Assembly (NCBI GenBank): GCA_900542325.1
Contig: UQMY01000004.1
Span: 179 to 64,178, forward strand
DNA: 64,000 bases
DNA from: an uncultured Collinsella sp.
Lineage (GTDB): Bacteria > Actinomycetota > Coriobacteriia > Coriobacteriales > Coriobacteriaceae
Direction: 5' to 3'
Below the pieces are notes generated by a model. It worked only from the letters and a program-made list of their open reading frames with translations. It was not told the DNA's origin and did no database searches. Shown here one piece after another: positions 37,973 through 48,116 of the stretch (positions are counted from its first letter, which is position 1; every line of letters starts with the position of its first letter). The translations under genes were made by a program, and so were the position numbers.

Positions 37973-38749
37973 CTACTCACTCAAGGGGCGCAATGACGCT
38001 TCCTCAAAATGGAAGGATCGCAAGCCGTCTTCTGTTTCGATGCACGCACGACCAAAGCCATCGACCGTTTTAAAGATGCCTCGCGCCAGCTCGTCACCGG
38101 CAGGGGAGCGGGCGATAACGTGCTTTCCAATCCAATTGAGGTGAGCGACATATTCGCCGTGGACGGGCGCGAGCGGTCCGGTGTTTTCTTCCATGGCGTT
38201 GAGGCGTTCTGCCCAGGCATCTATAGCGTCTATAACTGCGTGATAGACCTCATCGAGGAGCATGTCGACAGCTGGAACGTTCTCGTTAAGGTCCGAGAGA
38301 CCGATTGCCGGCAGGCCGCCATCGGGCACCTCTTGGGGCGCATAGTTCACATTGACACCAATGCCACAGACGGCGAAAGGTTTGCCTTCGTTATCGCGTG
38401 CGGCCTCGACCAGAATGCCGCCGAGTTTGCGTCCACGCGCGACCAGGTCGTTGGGCCATTTGAGGCCAATCTCGTTTGCAAGACCCTGTTTTTCGAGCGC
38501 CTCGAGCACCGCTAGGCCGCTGACGGCAGCAAGACCAGAGTACTTCGCAGGATTAACGCATGGACGCAGGACAATCGAAAGCAATAGGTTGCCGGCGGTT
38601 GAATCCCACTTGTGGCCGCGCCGGCCGCGTCCTGCTGTCTGAGCCCGGGCGGCAAGTCCTGTGCCGTGCGGCGCTCCCTGTTTTCCTGCTTCGAGCAGGT
38701 CATCGTTGGTCGATCCGGTTACGTCGACTATCGTTAATTTGGCATCCAT
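37973..38749 (-). CDS. birA: Biotin--[acetyl-CoA-carboxylase] ligase, class I with no N-terminal HTH.
   Basis: An AAGGAGG RBS lies 9 nt upstream of MDAKLTIVDVTGSTNDDLL. The ...GRGRRGHKWDS... biotin-binding motif is present. The ORF-track start at 38830 was trimmed to 38749. Confidence 0.85.
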   Translation of the reverse strand: MDAKLTIVDVTGSTNDDLLEAGKQGAPHGTGLAARAQTAGRGRRGHKWDSTAGNLLLSIVLRPCVNPAKYSGLAAVSGLAVLEALEKQGLANEIGLKWPNDLVARGRKLGGILVEAARDNEGKPFAVCGIGVNVNYAPQEVPDGGLPAIGLSDLNENVPAVDMLLDEVYHAVIDAIDAWAERLNAMEENTGPLAPVHGEYVAHLNWIGKHVIARSPAGDELARGIFKTVDGFGRACIETEDGLRSFHFEEASLRPLSE

Positions 38750-38925
38750 AACGGCTGCTACCTCCTTAATGAATAAGTGAATAACGCAATGGTGTCGAGA
38801 GATAGACACAATGTGAAGCCTGTGTCGCATTTGGGCAATTTAATGTTAACACGTCAACAACGACTGAAATGCGCTATCCTCTCATGGTCGATGTAAACAC
38901 GTCAACAACTCAAAGGAGGTTAGTG

Positions 38926-39885
38926 ATGGGTTTCACGATTCTTGGAACGGGCTCGGCGCTTCCTAAGCGCAGTGTTTCCAATGACGAGCTGTCCGAGTTC
39001 CTCGATACCTCGGATGAGTGGATTTTTACCCGCACAGGTATCAAGAGCCGCCACGTCTGCACCACCGAGTCACTTGATGACCTTGCCGTAGCGGCGAGCG
39101 AGCGGGCACTCCAGGTGTCCGGAATCGACGCGAGCCAGTTGGATTTGATCGTCTGCTCGACGACGACGGGTGACCATCTTGTTCCCGCTGAGGCGTGTGC
39201 CGTTGCTGAGCGACTAGGCGCGACGTGCCCTGCCTTCGATGTCTCGGCGGCCTGCGCCGGCTTCGTATTTGCGCTCGATGTTGCCGAGGGCTATATCGCC
39301 CGAGGACGAGCCAAGCATGTGCTTGTCGTTGCCGCCGAGCAGATGACGCGCGCGCTCGACTGGACCGACCGCGCCACCTGCGTGCTCTTTGGCGATGGGG
39401 CAGGCGCCGCGGTGATTGAGGCCGGGGGAGACAGCCCCCTTGCCGTTGAGCTTTCGACGGCGCCCGACGTCGAGACGTTGCGCGTTCCCGGACTGGTCGG
39501 CACCTCGCCGTTTAAGGCCTCCGTAGATAGCGAGAGCGTGCTGTCCATGAATGGCCGCCGTGTGTTCAAGTTCGGCGTCAACGCCATCTGTGACACGGTT
39601 CATAAGCTTGCGAGCGATGCGGGCATTTCGGTCGAAGACATCGACCATTTTGTATTCCATCAGGCTAACGAACGAATCCTGAGCCAGGCAGTCAAGCGCC
39701 TCGGCGTGCCAGGCGAGCGCGTGGTTCGAACGCTGCGCGAGACCGGCAATATTTCGAGCGCCTGCATTCCCTTTGCGCTTGATCGGCTGGCGCGCACCAA
39801 CGCACTGAATGCGGGCGACACCATCGCCCTCGTTGGATTTGGCGCCGGCCTGGATATAGGTGGCTATCTGCTTCGTTGGAAGTAG
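38926..39885 (+). CDS. fabH: 3-oxoacyl-ACP synthase III.
   Basis: MGFTILGTGSALPKRSVSNDELSEFLDTSDEWI..., with a catalytic Cys in ...AACAGFVFAL... and the C-terminal AGDTIALVGFGAGL. Confidence 0.9.
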   Translation: MGFTILGTGSALPKRSVSNDELSEFLDTSDEWIFTRTGIKSRHVCTTESLDDLAVAASERALQVSGIDASQLDLIVCSTTTGDHLVPAEACAVAERLGATCPAFDVSAACAGFVFALDVAEGYIARGRAKHVLVVAAEQMTRALDWTDRATCVLFGDGAGAAVIEAGGDSPLAVELSTAPDVETLRVPGLVGTSPFKASVDSESVLSMNGRRVFKFGVNAICDTVHKLASDAGISVEDIDHFVFHQANERILSQAVKRLGVPGERVVRTLRETGNISSACIPFALDRLARTNALNAGDTIALVGFGAGLDIGGYLLRWK

Positions 39886-39937
39886 TCGCACATAGGAAAT
39901 AAAAACGCCCCTAGGGCACAAACAAAGGAGAACTACC

Positions 39938-40174
39938 ATGGCAGATCAGAAGACCTTCGAGCGCGTTTGCGATGTTATCCGCGAGACCGCCGGTCTTGAC
40001 GACGTCGAGATGAAGCCCGAGTCCACGCTCGAGGAGATCGGCCTCGACAGCCTGGGCACCGTCGAGATCCTCGTCGCCGTCGAGGATGAGTTTGGCATCC
40101 AGCTCGATACCGAGGAGAACCCCAAGACGGTCGGCGAGTTCGCCGATACGGTCGAGGCGGCATTGGAGAAGTAG
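39938..40174 (+). CDS. acpP: Acyl carrier protein.
   Basis: 78 aa with the LGLDSL phosphopantetheine attachment motif. Confidence 0.95.
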   Translation: MADQKTFERVCDVIRETAGLDDVEMKPESTLEEIGLDSLGTVEILVAVEDEFGIQLDTEENPKTVGEFADTVEAALEK

Positions 40175-40176
40175 TG

Positions 40177-41121
40177 ATGCTCAAGTCTCCTCTCTGCGAT
40201 CTACTCGGCATCGAAAAGCCCGTGTTCCAGGGCGGTATGGCCTGGATTGCCGACGCCTCGCTGGCATCTGCCGTGTCCGAGGCGGGCGGCTTAGGGATTA
40301 TCGCGGCCATGAACGCCGACGCTAACTGGCTGCGCGACCAGATTCACGAGCTGCGCGCCAGGACGGATAAGCCCTTTGGCGTCAACGTTATGCTCATGAG
40401 CCCGTTTGCCGACGAGGTCGCGCGGGTCGTGATTGACGAGCGGGTGCCGGTCGTCGTGACGGGTGCCGGCAATCCCACCAAGTACATGAAGGCGTGGAAC
40501 GAGGCGGGCATCAAGGTCATCCCGGTTGTTGCCTCGGTGGCGCTGGCGCGTCTCGTGGCGCGTCGCGGAGCCACTGCCGTGGTTGCCGAGGGCACCGAAT
40601 CAGGCGGCCATATTGGCGAGACCTCGACGATGGCATTGGTGCCGCAGGTTGTCGATGCGGTCGATATTCCCGTGGTTGCGGCTGGCGGTATCGCTGATGG
40701 CCGCGGCGTGGCGGCCGCCTTTATGCTGGGCGCCGCCGGCGTGCAGGTGGGTACGCGCTTTCTGATCGCAGATGAGTGCACCGTATCGGAGCAGTACAAG
40801 GAGATGGTCCTGAAGGCCAACGACACCTCGACGCGTGCGACCGGCCGCTCGACGGGACACCCGGTGCGTGCCCTCAAGAGCCCCTTCACCAACGCCTACG
40901 CCAAGAGCGAGGCGGCGGGCGTAAGCGTCGAGGAGCTCGGGGCCATGGGCACGGGCGCCCTTCGCAAGGCCGCCAAGGACGGCAATTACGAAGAGGGCTC
41001 GTTTTTGTGTGGACAGATTGCCGGCATGGTCAACGAGCGCCAAAGCGCACGTGAAATCGTTGACGACCTGGTCGATGGCGCCGAGCACGTCCTGAAGGGT
41101 GCGTGCGCATGGGTGGCGTAG
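40177..41121 (+). CDS. fabK: Enoyl-ACP reductase II, FabK (FMN/nitronate monooxygenase-like).
   Basis: ...IEKPVFQGGMAWIADASLASAVSEAGGLGII..., an NPD family TIM barrel. The gene overlaps the acpP stop. Confidence 0.85.
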   Translation: MLKSPLCDLLGIEKPVFQGGMAWIADASLASAVSEAGGLGIIAAMNADANWLRDQIHELRARTDKPFGVNVMLMSPFADEVARVVIDERVPVVVTGAGNPTKYMKAWNEAGIKVIPVVASVALARLVARRGATAVVAEGTESGGHIGETSTMALVPQVVDAVDIPVVAAGGIADGRGVAAAFMLGAAGVQVGTRFLIADECTVSEQYKEMVLKANDTSTRATGRSTGHPVRALKSPFTNAYAKSEAAGVSVEELGAMGTGALRKAAKDGNYEEGSFLCGQIAGMVNERQSAREIVDDLVDGAEHVLKGACAWVA

Positions 41122-42035
41122 CGTTTCTGTTTGCCGGCCAGGGCGCCCAGCACCCCGCGATGGGCGTCGACCTGATCGAGGCATCGCCGGCGGCCGCCGA
41201 GGTGTTCGCCATTGCCGACGAGGTGCGCCCGGGGACCAGTGAGCAGTGCCGAAGCGCCTCCAAGGAGGAGCTCTCGCAGACCGAGAACACGCAGCCGTGC
41301 GTGTTCGTTCACGATCTGGCAGCGGCTGCCGCCCTGCGTGAGCGCGGCGTGGTACCTGCCGCCTGTGCGGGTTTTTCGCTTGGCGAGGTCGCCGCGCTCA
41401 CCTTTGCGGGGGCGTTCGATACGCGAGCGGGCTTTGAGCTCGTGTGCGAGCGCGCGGCGCTGATGGCCGCGGCTGCCGAGCGCCATCCGGGCGGCATGCG
41501 CGCCGTCATCAAGCTCGATGCGGCGCAAGTCGAGAACCTGGCAAAACAGGCCGGCGAGGACTGCTGGCCGGTCAACTACAACAGTCCGCAGCAGACGGTT
41601 GTTGCCGGACCGCCCGAGGCGCTGCAGGAGCTCGACGTCCTAGTAAAAGAGGCTGGCGGCCGCGCTATGAAAGTCGCGGTGTCGGGCGCATTTCATAGCC
41701 CCTATATGGCCGAGGCGACTGAGGGGCTGGCGACGTATATCCAAGCCGGCCACGCGCCGTCACCGCTGCTGATTCCGGTCATGGCAAACATGACGGCGGC
41801 GCCCTATCCGGCGGACCCGCGAGCGGCATCGGATGTCTTGGCCAATCAGGTGAGTCATGCCGTTCGTTGGGTCGACACGCTGCATGCTCTGCAGAATCAG
41901 GGCATCGACACGTTTATTGAGGTCGGCCCTGGCAAAACGCTGTCGGGCCTGGCCAAGCGTACGCTGAGCGACGTTCGCGTGTATTCGTGCGAAACGGCCG
42001 AGCAGGTCGCAGCTATTGCCGACGAGCTCGCATAG
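41109..42035 (+). CDS. fabD: ACP S-malonyltransferase.
   Basis: AFLFAGQGAQ and GFSLGE active-site motifs are present. The start (41103 or 41109) is uncertain. Confidence 0.9.
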   Translation: MGGVAFLFAGQGAQHPAMGVDLIEASPAAAEVFAIADEVRPGTSEQCRSASKEELSQTENTQPCVFVHDLAAAAALRERGVVPAACAGFSLGEVAALTFAGAFDTRAGFELVCERAALMAAAAERHPGGMRAVIKLDAAQVENLAKQAGEDCWPVNYNSPQQTVVAGPPEALQELDVLVKEAGGRAMKVAVSGAFHSPYMAEATEGLATYIQAGHAPSPLLIPVMANMTAAPYPADPRAASDVLANQVSHAVRWVDTLHALQNQGIDTFIEVGPGKTLSGLAKRTLSDVRVYSCETAEQVAAIADELA

Positions 42036-42065
42036 TCCACAGGGCTGTAACCCGAAAGGAATGAC

Positions 42066-42839
42066 ATGGGCAACTTGAACAACGGCGCGCTCGAGCGCAA
42101 CGACTCACGTCGCGTGGCACTGGTCACGGGCGGCTCGCGGGGTATCGGCCGCGCCTGCGCTGTCGGTCTGGCGGAGGACGGCTTTGATATCGCCGTCGTC
42201 TATGCCGGCAGCGTCGATGCGGCGCGCAAGACGTGCGAAGCCTGTGAGGCGGTTGGCGCCACGGCACGCGCATATCAATGCGACGTGGCCGATCCCGCTG
42301 CTGTCAACGCGTGCGTGGAAGCGGTCCTCAACGACTTTGGTTCCATTTGGGCGCTCGTCAACAACGCCGGCATCACCCGCGATGGCCTGCTCATGCGCAT
42401 GGGCGATGACGCATTCGATCGCGTGCTCGATGTCAATCTCAAGGGAACATTCAATATGACGCGCGCGCTCACCAAGACCTTTATGCGCCAGCGCGGCGGT
42501 TGCGTCGTCAACATGAGCTCGGTCGTGGGCCTGATGGGCAATGCCGGGCAAGCCAACTATGCTGCTTCCAAGGCGGGCGTGATAGGGCTTACCAAGGCGG
42601 TGGCGCGCGAGCTTGCGCCTCGTGGCGTACGAGCGAACGCGGTCGCTCCCGGGTTTGTCGAGACAGATATGACGGCAAAGCTCTCGGAGAAGGTGCGTAC
42701 GGCAACCGAGGAACAGATTCCCCTTAAGCGCATGGCACGTCCCGAGGAAGTGGCCGGCGTGGTGCGCTTTTTAGCGAGCGATGCGGCTGCTTACATTACG
42801 GGCGAGGTCGTGCGCGTCGACGGCGGAATGGCGATGTAG
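42066..42839 (+). CDS. fabG: 3-oxoacyl-ACP reductase.
   Basis: SDR motifs are present: TGGSRGIGRA, NAG and YAASKAG. Confidence 0.9.
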   Translation: MGNLNNGALERNDSRRVALVTGGSRGIGRACAVGLAEDGFDIAVVYAGSVDAARKTCEACEAVGATARAYQCDVADPAAVNACVEAVLNDFGSIWALVNNAGITRDGLLMRMGDDAFDRVLDVNLKGTFNMTRALTKTFMRQRGGCVVNMSSVVGLMGNAGQANYAASKAGVIGLTKAVARELAPRGVRANAVAPGFVETDMTAKLSEKVRTATEEQIPLKRMARPEEVAGVVRFLASDAAAYITGEVVRVDGGMAM

Positions 42840-42875
42840 AAACCAGGGCCGAAGAACGGCTTGGATGAGGAGACC

Positions 42876-44126
42876 ATGATGGAACAGAGAGTTGCAATCA
42901 CCGGCATCGGTGCCGTATCGCCGCTCGGCAATACCGCGCTTGCCACCTGGGCGGCCATGTGCGCCGGGACCTGTGGCATCGGCCCGATCACGCACTTCGA
43001 TACCGATGCGTTTACCGCCAAGGTGGCGGCCGAAGTCAAGGGCTTTGACGGCAACGAGTACTTTGGCAAGCGCGACGCCAAGCATCTGGACCCCTGCGTT
43101 CAGTTTGCGCTGGTGGCTTCGGACGAGGCAATGCACGATGCGGGCTTTGATGCCGAAGGCGCCATCGATCGCGAGCGCCTGGGCGTTTACGTGGGGTCGG
43201 GCGTGGGCGGCATGCAGACGCTCGTCGACAACGTCCATACGATTGCCGACCGTGGGCCCCGCCGCGCATCGCCTTACATGATCGCGATGATGATCCCCAA
43301 CATGGCATCGGGCAATATCGCAATCCGTCACAAGGCAAAGGGACCGACCCTGCCAGTCGTGACTGCGTGCGCGACCTCGGCCCATGCGGTGGGCGAGGCG
43401 TTCCGTGCTATTAAGCACGGCTATGCCGACGCGATCCTCGCGGGCGGTGCCGAGGCGGCCATTATCCCCGATGCTGTTGCAGGCTTTACGTCCTGCCGCG
43501 CATTGACCACCAACCCCGATCCCGCGACGGCCTGCCGCCCGTTCGATGCAGACCGCGACGGCTTTGTGATGGGCGAGGGCGCTTGCGTGCTGGTACTCGA
43601 GAGCATGGAGCATGCGCAGGCGCGCGGTGCGCACATTTATGCCGAGGTCGTGGGCTACGGCAACACCGATGATGCCTATCACATTACGAGTCCCGACCCC
43701 GATGCCGCCGGCATTGCCCGTGCGATATCGCTGGCGGTAGCCGAGGGCGACGTCAAGCCTTCCGAGGGTCTCTACATCAACGCCCACGGCACCTCGACCA
43801 AGCTCAACGATTCGTCCGAGACGACAGGCATTAAGCGGGCGCTCGGCGAGGACGCGGCACGCGCCGCACACGTCTCGTCGACCAAGTCGATGACCGGGCA
43901 CATGATCGGTGCCACGGGTGCCATCGAGGTCATGGCCTGTGCCATGGCGCTCGAGCAGGGCGTGGTGCCCCCGACCATTAACTACCACACGCCCGATCCC
44001 GCCTGCGATCTTGATTACACGCCTAATCGAGCGGTTCGCGCCGACCTTACCTGGGCGCTTTCGACCAACCTGGGCTTTGGCGGGCACAACGCCGCCATCG
44101 CGCTGCGTAGATATACGAGGAGCTAG
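42876..44126 (+). CDS. fabF: 3-oxoacyl-ACP synthase II.
   Basis: A KAS I/II fold with catalytic Cys (VTACATSAHA) and His residues. The start is moved from the ORF-track 42861 to 42876. Confidence 0.9.
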   Translation: MMEQRVAITGIGAVSPLGNTALATWAAMCAGTCGIGPITHFDTDAFTAKVAAEVKGFDGNEYFGKRDAKHLDPCVQFALVASDEAMHDAGFDAEGAIDRERLGVYVGSGVGGMQTLVDNVHTIADRGPRRASPYMIAMMIPNMASGNIAIRHKAKGPTLPVVTACATSAHAVGEAFRAIKHGYADAILAGGAEAAIIPDAVAGFTSCRALTTNPDPATACRPFDADRDGFVMGEGACVLVLESMEHAQARGAHIYAEVVGYGNTDDAYHITSPDPDAAGIARAISLAVAEGDVKPSEGLYINAHGTSTKLNDSSETTGIKRALGEDAARAAHVSSTKSMTGHMIGATGAIEVMACAMALEQGVVPPTINYHTPDPACDLDYTPNRAVRADLTWALSTNLGFGGHNAAIALRRYTRS

Positions 44127-44129
44127 AGC

Positions 44130-44603
44130 ATGGATTCCAAAAGACTTGCCGAGATAGCCGATGTGATGGAGGACCGCGGCCTTACGCGCGTACGTGTTGA
44201 GGAGCCCGATGGCACCGCGGTCGAACTCGAGCGCGCGAGTGCCGCGCAGCCGGTTGCCGTGCCCATGCCTATGCCGGGTGCCGTGGCCGCTCAAGTTGCA
44301 GCTCCCACAGTCGCGCCTGCCGCACCGGAACCCGCCACGCAGACACCTGCCGCCGCGCCGGAGCCCAAGGGCACCGAGGTGACTGCTCCCATGGTGGGCG
44401 TCTTCTATGCTGCCCCTGCGCCGGGCGACGAGCCATTTGTGCGCGTGGGCTCCAAGGTCAAGGCCGGCGAGACCCTCTGCATCATCGAGGCCATGAAGGT
44501 TCTCAACGAGGTGACGGCCGAGGCAGACGGTGAGGTGCTCGAGATCTGCGTGGCCGACGGCGACCTCGTGGAGTTTGGCAGCTGCCTCATGAGGATCGGA
44601 TAG
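44130..44603 (+). CDS. accB: Acetyl-CoA carboxylase biotin carboxyl carrier protein.
   Basis: An Ala/Pro-rich linker and the biotinylation motif EAMKVLNEV are present. Confidence 0.9.
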   Translation: MDSKRLAEIADVMEDRGLTRVRVEEPDGTAVELERASAAQPVAVPMPMPGAVAAQVAAPTVAPAAPEPATQTPAAAPEPKGTEVTAPMVGVFYAAPAPGDEPFVRVGSKVKAGETLCIIEAMKVLNEVTAEADGEVLEICVADGDLVEFGSCLMRIG

Positions 44604-44612
44604 GTGATATCC

Positions 44613-45035
44613 ATGAACAAAGAAGAGCTCAAGAAGCTATTACCGCATCGCGAACCGATGCTTTTGCTCGACGAAGCCGAGCTAGTGGGCGACGAGGCCC
44701 ACGGCAAGATCACGATTACGGGTGACGAGTACTTTTTGCAGGGGCATTTTCCGGGAAACCCGGTAGTCCCCGGCGTGATTCAGTGCGAGATGCTCGCCCA
44801 AAACTGTTGCATGCTGCTGATGGGCGACGAGGAGGCGCGCGGCGCGACGCCGTTCTATACGAGCCTCGATAAGGTGCGCTTTAAGCGCCCGGTGCGCCCG
44901 GGCGACACGGTTGATCTGGTGTGCACCATCACGCGTGCGCGCGGGCCGTTCCGCTTTGCGACGGGTACTGCGAGCGTCAACGGTGAGGTTTGCTGCCGCG
45001 CCGATATGTCTTTTGCACTCATGCACGAAAGTTAA
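44613..45035 (+). CDS. fabZ: 3-hydroxyacyl-ACP dehydratase.
   Basis: ...LPHREPMLLLDEAEL...FLQGHFPGNPVVPGV... Confidence 0.9.
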   Translation: MNKEELKKLLPHREPMLLLDEAELVGDEAHGKITITGDEYFLQGHFPGNPVVPGVIQCEMLAQNCCMLLMGDEEARGATPFYTSLDKVRFKRPVRPGDTVDLVCTITRARGPFRFATGTASVNGEVCCRADMSFALMHES

Positions 45036-45046
45036 GGAAGGCTTCA

Positions 45047-46389
45047 TGTTCGACAAAGTGCTCATCGCCAACCGCGGAGAAGTCGCGGTCCGTGTTATCC
45101 GCGCGTGCCGCGATATGGGCATCAAGACCGTCGCCGTTTATTCCACGGCCGATGCGGACGCGCTGCACGTGCAGCTTGCCGACGAGGCGTATTGCATCGG
45201 CGGCCCGCGTCTTGCCGAGAGCTACCTCAACGACGATGCCGTGCTCACCTGTGCCGTGAAGTCGGGGGCAAAGGCGATCCATCCTGGCTACGGTTTCTTT
45301 TCCGAGAAGGCGAGCTTCGTGCGCGACTGCGACAAGTTCGGTCTGGCGTTTGTCGGTCCTTCGGCCGAGGTGATCGACAGCATGGGCGACAAGGACGCCG
45401 CACGCCGAACGGCCGCTGCTGCGGGCGTGCCCATCGTGCCGGGCTGCGATTTGCTCAAAAGCCCCGAGGAAGCAACGGCCGAGGCCGAGCGCATCGGCTG
45501 CCCCGTGCTTATTAAGGCGCGCGCGGGCGGCGGCGGTCGCGGTATTCGCAAGGTCGAGCGCGTGGAAGATGCGGCAAAGGCGTTCATCGAGGCGCGTGCC
45601 GAGGGTGAGGCCGTTTTTGGCGACGGCGAGTGCTACATGGAGAAGTTCGTTGCGCCGGCGCATCACGTTGAGGTACAGATTATGGCCGATAAGCAGGGCC
45701 ATGTGTTTTCGCTCGGCGAGCGCGAGTGCTCGGTGCAGCGCCGCAACCAAAAGCTGATCGAGGAGAGCCCCGCGCCGTGCCTCGACGGACGCGATGATAT
45801 TCGTGCCCGTATGCACAAGGCCGCGCGCGACCTGGCTCGTGCCGTTGGCTATGAGGGCGCTGGCACCATCGAGTTTTTGTACTCAGATGACGGCAATTTC
45901 TACTTTATGGAAATGAACACGCGCTTGCAGGTGGAGCATCCGGTTACGGAGTTTGTGACCGATACCGACCTGGTTAAGTGGCAGCTGCGCGTGGCTGCCG
46001 GCCAGCCTCTGCCCTTTGAGCAGGAGGACGTACCGGTCCGCAACCACGCCATGGAGTGCCGCATCAATGCCGAAACGCCGGACTTTCTACCGTCATGTGG
46101 AACGGTCACCGCGTTGCGTGTGCCGGGTGGTCCGCGCGTGCGCTGGGATTCCGCCATGTTTACCGGAGCGAAAGTTCCGCCGTACTACGACTCCATGCTC
46201 GGCAAGCTCATCGTGTGCGCGCCCACGCGTGACGGTGCCATTCGCAAGATGCGCTCGGCCCTGGGCGAGCTCGTGATTGAGGGCGTGAGCGAAAATAGCG
46301 AGCTTCAGCTCGACGTGCTGGCAAACGACGAGTTTTTGTCGGGCATGTATCACACCGATCTGATGGGGCATCTCTATGCTGATGAATAG
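45047..46389 (+). CDS. accC: Acetyl-CoA carboxylase biotin carboxylase subunit.
   Basis: MFDKVLIANRGEVAVRVIRACRDMGIKTVAVYS... The start is moved from the ORF-track 44911 to 45047, after an AAGGAAGG RBS. Confidence 0.93.
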
Positions 46390-48100
46390 AAAAGCGAAGA
46401 CGGTCAATGTCCTTGAGGGGCCGATAACCGAGTCGGGCGCCGAGTTCCCCGCGCGCCACGTGTTTGTCAAATGCCCGGAGTGCCGCCGTGTGATCGATGA
46501 GGCGCGCCTGCACGACAACCTCGAGGTCTGCCCTCGTTGCGGCAAACACTTTCGCGTGAGCGGTCGCGCGCGCATGCGCATGACGGTCGACGCGGGTACC
46601 TTTGAGGAATGGGATGCCAATCTGGCGTCGAAGGACTTCCTCTCGTTTCCCGGTTATGCCGACAAGCTTAAGAGCGCGGGCGAGCGTTCGGGCGAGCGAG
46701 ATGCCGTTGTGTGCGGCAGGGGCAAAATCCGCGGTTGCGATACGGCACTCTTCTTTATGGATGCCAACTTTATGATGGGCTCGATGGGCTCCGCAGTGGG
46801 CGAAAAGATCTGTCGCACATTTGAGCGTGCGACCGAGCTGGGATTGCCAGTTGTCGGCTTTACCGTTTCGGGCGGCGCGCGCATGCAAGAGGGCGTGACC
46901 TCGCTTATGCAGATGGCCAAGATTTCTGCGGCGGTTAGGCGCCACAGCGAGGCGGGCGGCCTGTATATCACGGTGCTCACCGACCCCACGACCGGAGGCG
47001 TAACCGCGAGCTTTGCCATGGAGGGCGACATTATCCTGGCCGAGCCCGATGCCCTGACGGCATTTGCCGGCCCGCGCGTGATCGAGCAGAACATGCACAA
47101 GCGTCTGCCCAAGGGATTCCAGCGTTCCGAGTTTTTGCTGGAGCACGGCTTTTGCGATGCCGTTGTTCCGCGTGGTGAGATTGCGCTCACGATAGGCGAG
47201 CTGCTGGCGCTGCACGAAGGGCACGCGCCCGGCCTGGGGGCACCGCATGAGATCGTGCATACGGGTCGTCGCGGCAAAAAGCTGGGACACTTGTTTAAGC
47301 GCTCGGCCGCACCAAAAAGCGCGCTCGAAATCGTCAAACAGACTCGCTCGGCGAACCGCGCCACGGCAGGCGAGATGATCTCGTTGGGTCTCGACGGATT
47401 CGTAGAGCTGCACGGCGACCGCTACTTTGGCGACGATGCTGCCGTGGTGGGCGGCATCGGCTGGAAAGACGGGCGACCCGTGACGCTTATCGCCATCGAG
47501 CGCGGTACCACGACCAAAGAGCGCATGCGTCGCAACTTTGGCATGGCGCATCCTGAGGGCTACCGCAAGGCGCGGCGCCTAATGCGCCAGGCCGAAAAGT
47601 TTGGTCGACCGGTTCTGTGCCTGGTCGATACTTCGGGCGCGTTTTGCGGCATCGGTGCCGAGGAGCGCGGTCAGGGCGAGGCGATTGCCCAGAATCTCAT
47701 GGAGATGAGCGGCCTTAAGACGCCGATTGTCTCGGTGGTGACAGGCGAGGGCGGCTCTGGTGGCGCACTGGCACTGTCCGTGGCCGACCGCATCCTGATG
47801 CTCTCAAGCTCGGCCTATTCGGTCGTGAGCCCCGAGGCCTGTGCGTCGATCCTGTGGAAGGATACCGAGCGCGCGAATGAGGCCGCTGAGGCGCTTAAGC
47901 TCACGGCCCCCGATCTGTTGGCGCTCGGCATCATCGACGGCATTGTCGACGATAGGGGCCTGTCGCATGAGGAGATCGCCGGTGTCGTCATGTCCTCGGC
48001 ATTTGATGCCTTTGATACGCTTGGGCAGCTCGACGACGCGACCCTCACAAACCTCCGCTACGAAAAGTACCGCGCAATCGGTCAGTACCGCACGATGTGA
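46376..48100 (+). CDS. accD: Acetyl-CoA carboxylase carboxyltransferase, a fused beta-alpha polypeptide (AccD-AccA).
   Basis: The N-terminus carries the AccD zinc ribbon CPECRRV...CPRCGKHFR and the beta domain. The C-terminal half is an AccA-like alpha domain. The gene overlaps the accC stop. Confidence 0.85.
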   Translation: MLMNRKAKTVNVLEGPITESGAEFPARHVFVKCPECRRVIDEARLHDNLEVCPRCGKHFRVSGRARMRMTVDAGTFEEWDANLASKDFLSFPGYADKLKSAGERSGERDAVVCGRGKIRGCDTALFFMDANFMMGSMGSAVGEKICRTFERATELGLPVVGFTVSGGARMQEGVTSLMQMAKISAAVRRHSEAGGLYITVLTDPTTGGVTASFAMEGDIILAEPDALTAFAGPRVIEQNMHKRLPKGFQRSEFLLEHGFCDAVVPRGEIALTIGELLALHEGHAPGLGAPHEIVHTGRRGKKLGHLFKRSAAPKSALEIVKQTRSANRATAGEMISLGLDGFVELHGDRYFGDDAAVVGGIGWKDGRPVTLIAIERGTTTKERMRRNFGMAHPEGYRKARRLMRQAEKFGRPVLCLVDTSGAFCGIGAEERGQGEAIAQNLMEMSGLKTPIVSVVTGEGGSGGALALSVADRILMLSSSAYSVVSPEACASILWKDTERANEAAEALKLTAPDLLALGIIDGIVDDRGLSHEEIAGVVMSSAFDAFDTLGQLDDATLTNLRYEKYRAIGQYRTM

Positions 48101-48116
48101 CAAAGGGACAGCCCGC

